Positions 36,510-46,127 of a DNA stretch of 64,000 nt are shown piece by piece (within the stretch, counting starts at the first letter, position 1; the number at the start of each line of letters is the position of its first letter). Source of the DNA: Candidatus Latescibacterota bacterium (GTDB lineage: Bacteria > Latescibacterota > UBA2968 > UBA8231); the NCBI GenBank assembly GCA_965215195.1, contig CBDCDC010000002.1:480001-544000 (forward strand). Reading direction: 5' to 3'. The notes below the pieces were generated by a model. That model searched no databases. It saw nothing but the letters and a program-made list of their open reading frames with translations, and had not been told where the DNA came from. The position numbers and the translations under genes were made by a program.

Positions 36510-39023
36510 ATGAACAGCATGCGAGCCATCCTCTATACTTTGTTGCTCTCCGCTATGGCGTGGGCCCAGGGATATCGCCTCGAGCCGAACCAGTTGATCA
36601 TCAGCGAGAGCAACTGGGCGGAGTGGAATTTTCCCGCAGGCAGTGTGGATTTTAGCGCCGAAGGGGTCCGGCCCCATTTTGTGCAGCGGCAGATCAATGC
36701 CTCGCTGAACGCGGGTGCCTTCAGCCGCGAGGACGTGCCCGGGGGCATCCGACGGGCAGGGACCAACTTGGCGGGGGCAGCCCAGCTCATGGACGGTCTG
36801 GAGGAGACCTACTGGGAGCCGGCTCTGGATGCACCCCTGCGCGACTGGTGGGTTGAGGTGGATCTGGGTCGGGTGGTGTGGGCCGAGAAAGTGGTGGTGA
36901 AGTTTGTTGCCGAAGGGGCAGGGGATCCGTTTTTGCAGTTCAAGGTGCTCACCTCCAATGGGGATGAGGCCTTTCAGGGCAGTGAGAGTCTCGACTACCG
37001 GGTGGCTGGTCGCAGCGAGGGGTTGAACAAGACACAGCGGGTTTTCGAGTATGCTCTGCGTCCTTCCAAGTCGGCGGATCCGGGTTTGAGTGGGGATTTG
37101 ATCCAGTATGTGCAGATTGTGGCCACGGCCAGCGATGGTCGCCGGGGGGCGGAGGTGAGCGCGTCGCGTTGGCAGGATCTGCCGGCCGAGGAGCAAGGGG
37201 ATGTGCTGTATTTTCGTCGGGAGTCGACCGGGGTGGAGCGCGAGGTGTCTCAGGCCGAGTACGAGGCCATTCGCGAGGCTCGTTTTAAGGGCCCAATCCG
37301 CTATTATCGGGCGGAGCGTCCGCGGTTGGCCGAAGTGGAAGTATGGACGGTGGGGGAGAATATTGGGCTGGGCTGGAAGGAGCGCGGGGGGTCGCTCGAA
37401 GCCTTTGGGGGCGTGGGCGGGCAATCCAATATAGTCGACGGCGATTACACCACCGCTTGGAACGCAGAAGTGTCGTTTTCCGGAGCGGCCGGAGCGCAAG
37501 TCAAGAACCGGGACCGCAACCTACTGTTCGACTTGGGCACTTGGTACTGGGTTGACCGCACCTTTATTGTCTATGGCAATTCCATCTTTCCCAATTACGT
37601 GCTCAGTCTTTCGGATGGCAGTCTGGCGCCCGATGGCAGTCGGGTCTTTACCTCGGTGGTTGCGCGCGGCAGAGACGATGTCACGCTTGGCAGCGAGGCC
37701 CAAGCACCCGCAGGGTCGCTGCCGACGGACACGGCCATGCAGGCCAATTCCTTCCCCCCCATAAAGGGGCGCTACTTCAAGTTCGACTATCGCCTGATCA
37801 ACGTCGGGCGGGTAGCGTGGGGAGCCGATATAAGGCAACTGCTTCTCTACGGCTTTGGTTTTCTTCCGCAGGTCACCCTGCAAACGCCGGTGATCGAGTT
37901 GGGAGACAACCCCCGCATCCTTTCCACTATCTCTTGGGAGGCCGAAACCCCGCCCGGCACTCAGTTGCAGATCCGCACCCGGACTGGAAACAAGCTCTTT
38001 CTGGAGAAGCATTTCTTCAACAAACAGGGTGTTGAAGTCCCCGAGGCCGACTATCGCAAGATGCTGTCCTTTCTGCGGGGGGATTCGACGGTCGCCTTTG
38101 TGCCCGACGAGGCGGATTGGAGCCCGTGGAGCCAATTTTACGAGCAACCCGGAGCGGCCATCACCTCCCCTAGTCCGCGGCGCTATATAATGATTGAGGC
38201 CGGCCTGCTCTCGGACGATCCCCACCAATCTGCGATGTTGCACAACCTGAACATTGGTCTGAGAGATCCATTGGCGCACCAAATTCTGGGCGCAGTAACG
38301 CCCCGCCGGGCCCAACAGAGCGGTCGATCTGAAGAGTTCACGCTGTTGCTGACGATCCCGCCCAACGAGGAGGGCTCGTCGGGTCTGGGGTTCGATCAGG
38401 TGCTTTTTGAAGTGCCCCCCAGCGCCGAAGTGGAACTGGTGGATGTGCGGGTGGGCGAGGCGGTGTATCGGGCGGACGAGTTGGAGGTAAAGGCCAAGTC
38501 TGATTCGCTGTGGGTGCGCCTGCCCGGGGTGGTGCAGGCGGCTGAGTCTCAGGTGGTGCTGCGTTTTTCGAGTGCGTTTTATCTGGCGAGCAATGCGTTT
38601 CTGGTCTCGGTGGGACTGGGGGAGGTGTGGCAGCGGGTGGACCCGACCGCGGACGGCGAGGGCCTGACCGTGCTGACGCCGGTAGCTGGTGGACTGGTAG
38701 GCGAGGTGGAGGTAGTGGCGAATCCGTTCACCCCGAATGGGGACGACATCAACGATGCGGTGAAATTCGTCTTTCCCATATTCAAGATGCCGGGGCAGAC
38801 CTCGCTGATATTGGAGGTCTATGCGCTCAATGGGTCGCTAGTGCATCGTCGAGCGCAGTCCGTAGCGTACGCGGCCGGGGTTCAGGAGGTGAGTTGGGAT
38901 GGCCGGGACCAGGATGGAGTGCTGTTGCCGCCTGGCTTGTATATCTGCCGGGTGGGTCCAGAGGTGGATGCAGAGAGTAGCGGTGAATCCACGGTGGCCA
39001 CTGTCGTGGCCAGTGTGTACTGA
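36510..39023 (+). CDS. Secreted protein with two discoidin-like domains + FlgD-Ig/type-B-CTD-like domain (paralog 3)
   Basis: MDG..TYW...VDLG and VDGD.TT.W...FDLG; WSPWSQFY; NPFTPNGDDIND; WDGRD..G..LPPGLY. Confidence 0.8.
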   Translation: MNSMRAILYTLLLSAMAWAQGYRLEPNQLIISESNWAEWNFPAGSVDFSAEGVRPHFVQRQINASLNAGAFSREDVPGGIRRAGTNLAGAAQLMDGLEETYWEPALDAPLRDWWVEVDLGRVVWAEKVVVKFVAEGAGDPFLQFKVLTSNGDEAFQGSESLDYRVAGRSEGLNKTQRVFEYALRPSKSADPGLSGDLIQYVQIVATASDGRRGAEVSASRWQDLPAEEQGDVLYFRRESTGVEREVSQAEYEAIREARFKGPIRYYRAERPRLAEVEVWTVGENIGLGWKERGGSLEAFGGVGGQSNIVDGDYTTAWNAEVSFSGAAGAQVKNRDRNLLFDLGTWYWVDRTFIVYGNSIFPNYVLSLSDGSLAPDGSRVFTSVVARGRDDVTLGSEAQAPAGSLPTDTAMQANSFPPIKGRYFKFDYRLINVGRVAWGADIRQLLLYGFGFLPQVTLQTPVIELGDNPRILSTISWEAETPPGTQLQIRTRTGNKLFLEKHFFNKQGVEVPEADYRKMLSFLRGDSTVAFVPDEADWSPWSQFYEQPGAAITSPSPRRYIMIEAGLLSDDPHQSAMLHNLNIGLRDPLAHQILGAVTPRRAQQSGRSEEFTLLLTIPPNEEGSSGLGFDQVLFEVPPSAEVELVDVRVGEAVYRADELEVKAKSDSLWVRLPGVVQAAESQVVLRFSSAFYLASNAFLVSVGLGEVWQRVDPTADGEGLTVLTPVAGGLVGEVEVVANPFTPNGDDINDAVKFVFPIFKMPGQTSLILEVYALNGSLVHRRAQSVAYAAGVQEVSWDGRDQDGVLLPPGLYICRVGPEVDAESSGESTVATVVASVY

Positions 39024-39149
39024 AAGTCTAGACGCAAATTCCTCCCGGCGTGGCCGCCGCGCCGGCCCCATCGTCCCGCTGATCCCATTCCACCATTGCC
39101 TTCCCAACCGCCGGGAAAGTAGCCGGTAGCTGCTTGGGACAAGGGGCGA

Positions 39150-41150
39150 ATGCGGTTGCAAAAGAAAATCCCCGCAGAGTATCTGCAATACCTAGCGAAA
39201 GAGACCCACTTGGCAGCAGATCAGCAAAGTGCCACCGGCATTCCCATGCGGGGCCTATTGATCGGGGCGGTGCTCGCCTTTCTGATCAATTTCCTCGACG
39301 TGTATTGCACCCTCATGATACGCGGGTCGTACCTGACCCTGAATTTCAGTACGCCGGCGGCCCTTTTCTTTTTCTTCATCTTGGTGCTGGCCAGCGGCCT
39401 AATAGCCCTCATCCGCCGGCCCTTGGCGCTAAACCAGACCGAGCTGATCACTATCTACATCATGATGATCGTGAGCTGCTGCGTCCCCAGCATGGGGTTG
39501 ACGCCGGTCTTGCTGCCCCAACTGGTGGGTCCCATCTACTACGCCACCCCGGAAAACGACTGGGCCGAGATCTACAACCAGTTCATACCCAACTGGCTCA
39601 TTCCGCAAGGGGAAGACGTGGCGCGCTATTTCTACGAAGGGCTGCCCGAGGGGGTCCCCATCCCTTGGGCACCTTGGATTGTGCCCCTGACCTACTGGTA
39701 CGGTTTCTTCCTCTCGCTCTGTCTGGTCATGACGTTCACTATGATCATTCTGCGCAAGCAGTGGGTGGACCGCGAAAAACTGGTCTATCCCTTGGTCCAA
39801 GTGCCCATGGAGATGATCCAGCAGGAGAGCAAGGGAATTATTGGCAAGTCCTTTTTTACCAACAAAGCAATGTGGGTCGCCTTTGCCTTTTCGTTCACTC
39901 TGATCAGCATCAACGGGTTGCATTCCTATTACCCGTACTTCCCGCTAATTGAGCGGGACTTCAGGCTACCCGTTTTCCGCGACACCGTCATGCTCTGGTT
40001 CTTCTTCAGTCCGTCTTGGCTCGGCTTCTTCTACTTTGTCGGTCTCGACATTTCCGCTTCCATCTGGGTTTTCCACACCCTCACCCTGATCCAGAAGGGG
40101 ATCTTCAACGTCGTCGGCATCCAGAGCACCGAGCGGATAGACCACTATGCCCGCGATACGTACACCTCCCATCAGGGCATGGGGGCCATGATCGTCTTTG
40201 TGCTGATCATGTTATGGGGATCGCGCGAACACCTAGGCCATGTATTCCGCAAGGCGCTGGGCCGCGCCCCCGCAGTAGAAGACTGCGGCGAGGTGGTGTC
40301 CTATCGGCAGGCGGTGTTGGGTTGGTTGGGTTCGCTGTTCCTGTTTGGCCTTGGCCTGTGGATGAGCGGCCTCCCGCCGTTGGCCACCCTGATGTTCATC
40401 TTCAGCGCCATGGTGATTTTTCTCAGCCTGAGCCGCGTTGTGACCGAAGGCGGCGTCCCGGCCATGAGGCCGCCGGTGATGAGTTCGACCTTTGTCATTT
40501 CCGGGGGCGGCACCCAAGTCTTGGGGGCTTCCGGGCTGGTGGCACTGGGCTTCTCCTATGGCTGGCACTCGGAAATCCGCTCTTTTGTGATGGCGTCGGT
40601 GGCCAACGGGCTAAAAATGAGCGAAGTCATCAGGGGCTCCAAGCGCCGTCTGTTCTGGGCCGTGCTCATCGCCATTGTGGTCAGCTTGATAGGCTCTACG
40701 TACATGGTTCTGTACCTCGCCTATAAATACGGCGGCATCAACCTCAATCCGCTCTTTTTCGGCTGGAAGGGGGGCATTGGCCCCACGGATATGGCCCCGC
40801 GCATTGCCGCAGAACCCACGGGACCCCGTCTCGACGCTTGGTTGTTCATGGGCATTGGCGGGGCGGTGATGGCGGGATTGATGTGGGTGCGCCACCAAGT
40901 CCTCTGGTGGCCCCTTAGTCCGCTCGGTTATTTGATCAGCGCCAATTGGAAGACCAGTCACATTTACGCCAGCGTATTCCTCGCTTGGTTTCTCAAGTTG
41001 GTCATTCTGAGGTATGGCGGGCCCAAACTGTACCGCAGCTTGCGCCCGTTTTTCCTCGGGCTCATCCTCGGGGAAATTGTGGCGGCCGGCGTCTGGCTGG
41101 TCATTGATTATCTCACCGGACACATGGACAGTTTCCTCACCCAAGTATAG
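39150..41150 (+). CDS. DUF6785/DUF6784-like polytopic membrane protein (putative transporter)
   Basis: Many TM helices; YYATPEN.W, IPW..W..P, LRKQW...EKL.YPL, WWPL.PLGY and LRYGG..LY....PFFLGL.LGE motifs. Confidence 0.75.
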   Translation: MRLQKKIPAEYLQYLAKETHLAADQQSATGIPMRGLLIGAVLAFLINFLDVYCTLMIRGSYLTLNFSTPAALFFFFILVLASGLIALIRRPLALNQTELITIYIMMIVSCCVPSMGLTPVLLPQLVGPIYYATPENDWAEIYNQFIPNWLIPQGEDVARYFYEGLPEGVPIPWAPWIVPLTYWYGFFLSLCLVMTFTMIILRKQWVDREKLVYPLVQVPMEMIQQESKGIIGKSFFTNKAMWVAFAFSFTLISINGLHSYYPYFPLIERDFRLPVFRDTVMLWFFFSPSWLGFFYFVGLDISASIWVFHTLTLIQKGIFNVVGIQSTERIDHYARDTYTSHQGMGAMIVFVLIMLWGSREHLGHVFRKALGRAPAVEDCGEVVSYRQAVLGWLGSLFLFGLGLWMSGLPPLATLMFIFSAMVIFLSLSRVVTEGGVPAMRPPVMSSTFVISGGGTQVLGASGLVALGFSYGWHSEIRSFVMASVANGLKMSEVIRGSKRRLFWAVLIAIVVSLIGSTYMVLYLAYKYGGINLNPLFFGWKGGIGPTDMAPRIAAEPTGPRLDAWLFMGIGGAVMAGLMWVRHQVLWWPLSPLGYLISANWKTSHIYASVFLAWFLKLVILRYGGPKLYRSLRPFFLGLILGEIVAAGVWLVIDYLTGHMDSFLTQV

Positions 41151-41216
41151 TTGCTCAACGTGGCCGAGCTAGCGCCTGCTTCCCCCAATGGGGCGTCTGG
41201 GCCTTCTCCGTTTGGG

Positions 41217-43727
41217 ATGGCGACGGCGCTCAGTTGCCTTTTCCTGTCCGGGGCCGCGAGCCTGTGCTACGAAGTTTGCTGGATCAGAAAGGCCGGCCTG
41301 TTCTTTGGCAGCACGACCTTCGCTTTGGCGACGGTGCTCGCGGTGTTTTTCCTCGGATTGGCCCTCGGCAGTGCCCTAGCCGGTCGCCTGTCGGCGTCGT
41401 TGCAGCACCCGCTGCGGATCTATGGGATCGTCGAGCTGGCCATTGCGGCGTTGGGCCTAGCGAGCAACCCCCTGCTCGATGTGGCCGACGACGGCTACGG
41501 AATGCTCTATCGCTGGGCCGACGGCTCGACGCCTTGGATCGCGCTGGTGCGCTTGGTCTTAGTGGCAGCCGCGATCCTCGTGCCCACGATTCTGATGGGG
41601 ACGACGGTTCCCTTGCTCGCCAAGGCGACCATCCGCCGCCATCGCCGCCTCGGATTTGCCGCCGGCGGTCTCTACGGCATCAACGCGCTGGGAGCGGCCA
41701 CCGGGGCGGCCCTCGCCGGCTTTGGGACCCTGCCGGTTCTGGGGCTCGCCGCGACCATCCACCTCGGGGCGGCCCTCAATGGTTTGTGTGGCGTTGCCGT
41801 GCTGCTGGCCTGCTGGCAAACGAGCTCGGCTCCGCTGGCCGAGCCGCCCGAGACCGACGCGGGCAGGACGCTGCGCATACCCGTGCTGCTGCCGTTGTTC
41901 TTTCTGACCGGGTTCGTGGGCGTGGCCATCGAGATTCTGTGGGCGCGCTACTTGCCCCTGATGATTACCAGTTCGGTGCATGCGTACACCCTGCCGCTCG
42001 TCGTGGTTCTGCTCGGCATCGGCATTGGCAGCCTCGTCATCGCGCCGCTGTGCGACCGCAGCCGGCATTTAGTCGTGGTCTTCGGCATGCTCCAGGCGTT
42101 CACCGGGCTGAGTGTCCTAGTTGCGATGAAGCTGCCCCGGGACCTCTGGACGGCACTCGCGGAGGCCGCTCCAGACTTGATCAGCGCCAACCACTTCGCG
42201 GGCCTGCACGGCGTCGTATTGCTGCCGGGCGCGCTGGCTTCGGGCGCTTCGTTTCCCCTCGTGGTCCGGCTGGTGTCGCGGAACGTGGCCGACGCGAGTT
42301 GGACGATCGGTCGGCTGACGGCCATCAATACCGCCGGTGCTATTGCGAGCGCGGTGCTCATGGCCTGGGGGCTTTCTTGGTTGGGGCTCGACCTCGCGCT
42401 GCGGACGGTCACCGGCTTGGCCATCGTCGGGGCCTGCGTGGTCTTTGCCGCCGGGGCCGGCCGCCAGATGGGGTGGGGCGTTGCTGTATTGCTGATTGCC
42501 TTGAGTGCAATTGGGTGGGGACTCGCCGCGACCTTGCTCAAGACGCGGCTTCCCCACGATTATCTGGCCTCCGAGGGAACCCTGCTCGAAGTGGTGGAGG
42601 GCCAAGGTGCCAGCCTGGCCGTGGTGCAACTCGAAGACAAGGTGCTGCTCGGGATCGACCGCTTGTGGCAGGGTTCAAACAAGAAGAACCAGCAGACCTT
42701 TGCCGGCCATCTGCCCATGTTGCTGCGCGGCGATGGCAACGGGACGGAGGTGCTCGTAGTGGGTATGGGTACTGGCCAAGCCGCCGGGCGATTTCTGTTG
42801 TGGGATGTCCAGCGGCTCGATTGCTTGGATGTGGAAGTGGCTGTTTTCGATCTCGCCCGCCGCTACTTTGGCGCGACTTGGCTAGACGACCCTCGGGTGC
42901 GCGCCCTAGCGGAAGACGGGCGGGATTACATCCGCCACAGCCAAGCCCGCTACGATGTGATCGGCATTGAAGTGGGCCAACTCTTTCGCCCGGGAGTCGT
43001 TTCCTTTTACACCAAAGACTTTTACCAGCGCCTCAGACAGCGGCTAAAGCCCGGCGGCCTAGTGACGCAATTCGTGCCGCTGCGGATGCTTTCCACGCCG
43101 CAGGTGCTCGACATCATCGCCACCTTCATCCGCGTCTTTCCGCAGAGCCAGCTCTGGTTCAATGGGCCGGAGTTTGTCTTGATCGGCCGCCGGGCCGCTG
43201 CTTTTGCGCTCGACATCCCATCCCTCGAAGAGCGGCTGAGGAGGCCCGAAATTCGCCGCGATCTGCAGTACCGGCACCCGCTGGACGCGAATACGGGGTG
43301 GCTCAACGAGTCCGACAGCGTGTTGGGGAGCTTCTTAGCGTCGGCTGAGGATTTGAGCACTCTAAGTCGCGGGGGGCGGATTCTCACCGATGACGTGCCT
43401 AGGTTTGACTACGAACTCAACCCGCGTCAAGATATCGAGGTGCGCACCGTGGGTGCTTTACTTGCGATCGAAAAACCCTTGCACAAGGCGGCCACTGCCG
43501 CGCTCGACAAGAGGCGCATGACCCGCATCGAACAAAGGCGCAAACAAAATCTGTACGCCTTGGCCAACTTGATCGTCGAGCGCGGCAACAAAGCCTTACA
43601 AGCCGGGCAACTGGAGCGGGCCGAGCGGACTGCGCGGGAAGTGCTGGCCGAGGTGCCGGGGCATACGAGGGCACTTTGGCTGCTCAAAAGGATTGAGGTA
43701 GAGGGAATCGACGAGAATGAGTATTGA
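41217..43727 (+). CDS. Fused MFS-like membrane / spermidine synthase-like protein with C-terminal TPR-like helices
   Basis: FLSG..SL.YEV.W.R......FGST, P.TILMG.T.P, VLVVG.GTG and EDGRDYI......YDVI motifs. Start uncertain (41151 or 41217). Confidence 0.85.
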   Translation: MATALSCLFLSGAASLCYEVCWIRKAGLFFGSTTFALATVLAVFFLGLALGSALAGRLSASLQHPLRIYGIVELAIAALGLASNPLLDVADDGYGMLYRWADGSTPWIALVRLVLVAAAILVPTILMGTTVPLLAKATIRRHRRLGFAAGGLYGINALGAATGAALAGFGTLPVLGLAATIHLGAALNGLCGVAVLLACWQTSSAPLAEPPETDAGRTLRIPVLLPLFFLTGFVGVAIEILWARYLPLMITSSVHAYTLPLVVVLLGIGIGSLVIAPLCDRSRHLVVVFGMLQAFTGLSVLVAMKLPRDLWTALAEAAPDLISANHFAGLHGVVLLPGALASGASFPLVVRLVSRNVADASWTIGRLTAINTAGAIASAVLMAWGLSWLGLDLALRTVTGLAIVGACVVFAAGAGRQMGWGVAVLLIALSAIGWGLAATLLKTRLPHDYLASEGTLLEVVEGQGASLAVVQLEDKVLLGIDRLWQGSNKKNQQTFAGHLPMLLRGDGNGTEVLVVGMGTGQAAGRFLLWDVQRLDCLDVEVAVFDLARRYFGATWLDDPRVRALAEDGRDYIRHSQARYDVIGIEVGQLFRPGVVSFYTKDFYQRLRQRLKPGGLVTQFVPLRMLSTPQVLDIIATFIRVFPQSQLWFNGPEFVLIGRRAAAFALDIPSLEERLRRPEIRRDLQYRHPLDANTGWLNESDSVLGSFLASAEDLSTLSRGGRILTDDVPRFDYELNPRQDIEVRTVGALLAIEKPLHKAATAALDKRRMTRIEQRRKQNLYALANLIVERGNKALQAGQLERAERTAREVLAEVPGHTRALWLLKRIEVEGIDENEY

Positions 43728-43739
43728 GGACAGGCCCTT

Positions 43740-45617
43740 TCAGTGCGCCGCGTACACGACGCCGGTTTTCTCGACCTTTCCCCGGTCGGTATTGGCCGAG
43801 ACCCGATACAGGTAAATCCCCGGCCGCACCAAACCGCCGGCCTCGTCCCGACCATCCCACGCCCGCTCGTACTCGCCGATCCCATCCGCGCCCGCATACA
43901 CCTGCCGCACCCGGCGAGCTGACAAGTCCCACACTTCCACCGCTACCTGCGCACGGCCCGTAATCTCCAAGATGTGGTAGTAGATACCTATCCCGTCATT
44001 GCGGCCATCGCCATTGGGCGTGAAAATGGTTGGCTCAACTCGCACCTGCAACAGCTTCTGCTCCTGCGCGGCGGTGACCACCGACACCCGGTTGCCCTCG
44101 TATTTCGCCGTAGCGTCCCCGGCATTGACCCCCTGCGGCACCTCCAAAGGCTGGTCGCTGTCCGACACCTGCGCCGCAAAGATAGCTCCGTAGCGCAGCA
44201 CCTGTGCTGCGAAATCGACCTCGACCAGTGCCCCCGAATCCTGCTCCTCAAGGCGCGGAAAACTGACCGCTAGCCGATGCGGCTCCGCGGCTTCCACCGC
44301 AAAGGCCACGGGCGCATCGCCGATGCGCACGGCCTCCACCGCGCTGATGATGGAGGAAGTCTCAATTTCCAGCCGGTCAAAGCCGACATCTCCTCGGTGA
44401 ATCGTCGGCCGCAACGCATAGGTGAAGGACGATTGCTGCCCCACTTTTGCTTCGACCGGCCAGATTTCGCCCACCAAGTTCGTCGCCACCGGCTCAGAGA
44501 CGCGCAACTCCACGAAACCCACCCGGCCGCCGTTGTTTTCTTGCGGCAGAAAATCGACCTTGAACTGGAAGTAGCGTCTGGGGCTTGCCGACACCACCGG
44601 CGTACCGCTGCTGTCGGCAAAATCATAGGGCGCCGACCAGAAGGTCCAGTGGTTGAGGTCGTGGGTGATGCCGGCCCTTTCGTTGCGTTTGAGGCCGTTG
44701 TAGGCGGCGCGACTCACCTCGGTTTTGCTGCCGCGGCCGGTGAAGCGCCAGAATGCGTCCGCATCGTCGTCTAAGCCGCTGCGGGTCTGGATGAGGACTT
44801 GGGCGCCGGGCTCCTGAACGCCGGACCAGCGCAGGTCTCCCCAGGCCATGGGCCGCTCGAAATCGATGACATCGGAAATATAGGTGGCCTGTTTGACGAA
44901 CCCCTTGGCGTAAACTTCTATTTCGTTCACTTCCCAGGCCGTGTTGTGCTCGGCCAAGGCCACCTGGACAAACTCTACTGGCTCGTGCGATGGAATGGGA
45001 ATGTCGAGGATTTGCTCCCGGTTGTCTCTCACCTCGACGATCCAAGGCGATTTCGGAGGAACGATGCCGTAGTTGACTATGGGTAGCGGGCCGAGGTGGA
45101 CGCGGAGGATTCCCACGGTTCGGCCCGGGTCGGTAAACCCGGATATGACCCGAATCCGGTCGATGTTGTAGAGGCCGCCTAGGAAGATATTGGCCGTGCC
45201 CGCCCGACTGAAATCATCGGTGCAGGCCCCGGATCTGATACTGTGTTCGGCGCACAGGTACTTTTCCGCCAGCCAGAAAGTACCCGGGTCCCCATCCCAC
45301 ACCTCTACATTCACATCGGCTCTTAAATACTCTCCCCCTTTTTCTTCGATTCCGGGTGCTATGTTGAAGTCTGGATTGCGTTTGAGGGGCTGGATACCAG
45401 TACTATCCACGGCCAAGTCAATGGTTTCTCCATGAGGTTCGGCATCGAAATCCAGCCAACTCAACTGTCTGAAGTCCACCCCGGTACGGCCTTCTTCAGG
45501 AGGTTTGGGCCGATTTTCACCCCCGAACCGGTAAATGGTCAGACCCGAGACCGGGCCGGCCCAAAGGCCGATCGCCGAAAAAACCCAGACTAGAGAAAGG
45601 AATCGCGCTGCTTTCAT
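43740..45617 (-). CDS. Secreted discoidin-like + FlgD-Ig/type-B-CTD-like protein (paralog 4)
   Basis: EIEVYAKGF, IQTRSG, WTFWSAPY, IFTPNGDGRND and WDGRD..G..V.PGIY motifs; closest in layout to 34583-36487. Confidence 0.8.
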   Translation of the reverse strand: MKAARFLSLVWVFSAIGLWAGPVSGLTIYRFGGENRPKPPEEGRTGVDFRQLSWLDFDAEPHGETIDLAVDSTGIQPLKRNPDFNIAPGIEEKGGEYLRADVNVEVWDGDPGTFWLAEKYLCAEHSIRSGACTDDFSRAGTANIFLGGLYNIDRIRVISGFTDPGRTVGILRVHLGPLPIVNYGIVPPKSPWIVEVRDNREQILDIPIPSHEPVEFVQVALAEHNTAWEVNEIEVYAKGFVKQATYISDVIDFERPMAWGDLRWSGVQEPGAQVLIQTRSGLDDDADAFWRFTGRGSKTEVSRAAYNGLKRNERAGITHDLNHWTFWSAPYDFADSSGTPVVSASPRRYFQFKVDFLPQENNGGRVGFVELRVSEPVATNLVGEIWPVEAKVGQQSSFTYALRPTIHRGDVGFDRLEIETSSIISAVEAVRIGDAPVAFAVEAAEPHRLAVSFPRLEEQDSGALVEVDFAAQVLRYGAIFAAQVSDSDQPLEVPQGVNAGDATAKYEGNRVSVVTAAQEQKLLQVRVEPTIFTPNGDGRNDGIGIYYHILEITGRAQVAVEVWDLSARRVRQVYAGADGIGEYERAWDGRDEAGGLVRPGIYLYRVSANTDRGKVEKTGVVYAAH

Positions 45618-45788
45618 CGACGTTCACCCCACAAATTAAGACCTACCCGCTAGCCCTCCTTCCGACGCGGAAAGAGGGCCGGGAGGATAGGTCCGGCACA
45701 GAACCGGAAACGACTGCCGGCGGGTGTCGGGTAGTACGGTCGAAAGATAGCGTTGACTCGGCAATTCTCGCTAAGGCCCGGCGTGGGC

Positions 45789-46127
45789 TCAGAAGAACGA
45801 CCCTTGCTTGAGAAACTCCACCGGTGCTTCTTCGCCCCAGCCGCGCGTGTAGTAGTCCTGCATGGTCAAGGCCAGCAGGATGCACAGCCAGAAGAAGCCG
45901 GCGACCGCAAATAGCCCGACCAGCTTGGGGCTGTATTTGACGTGCATGAAGAACAAGATGACCAGCGATGCCTTTACTAAAGCGATGATTAAGGCGACGG
46001 GGGTATTCAAAAAGCCCATGTTGACGAAGGCGGCCGCGACGGTGAGGATGGTGCCGATCATCAGGGCGAAGAAGATCAGAAAGTAGATCTTGAGCGGGAC
46101 GACGTGATGTTCGTGGTGTTCAGACAT
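45789..46127 (-). CDS. ctaF: Cytochrome c oxidase subunit IV
   Basis: Y..IF..L...T.LTV and IA.VKA.LV.LFFMH.KY motifs; TAATG coupling to ctaE. Confidence 0.9.
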   Translation of the reverse strand: MSEHHEHHVVPLKIYFLIFFALMIGTILTVAAAFVNMGFLNTPVALIIALVKASLVILFFMHVKYSPKLVGLFAVAGFFWLCILLALTMQDYYTRGWGEEAPVEFLKQGSFF

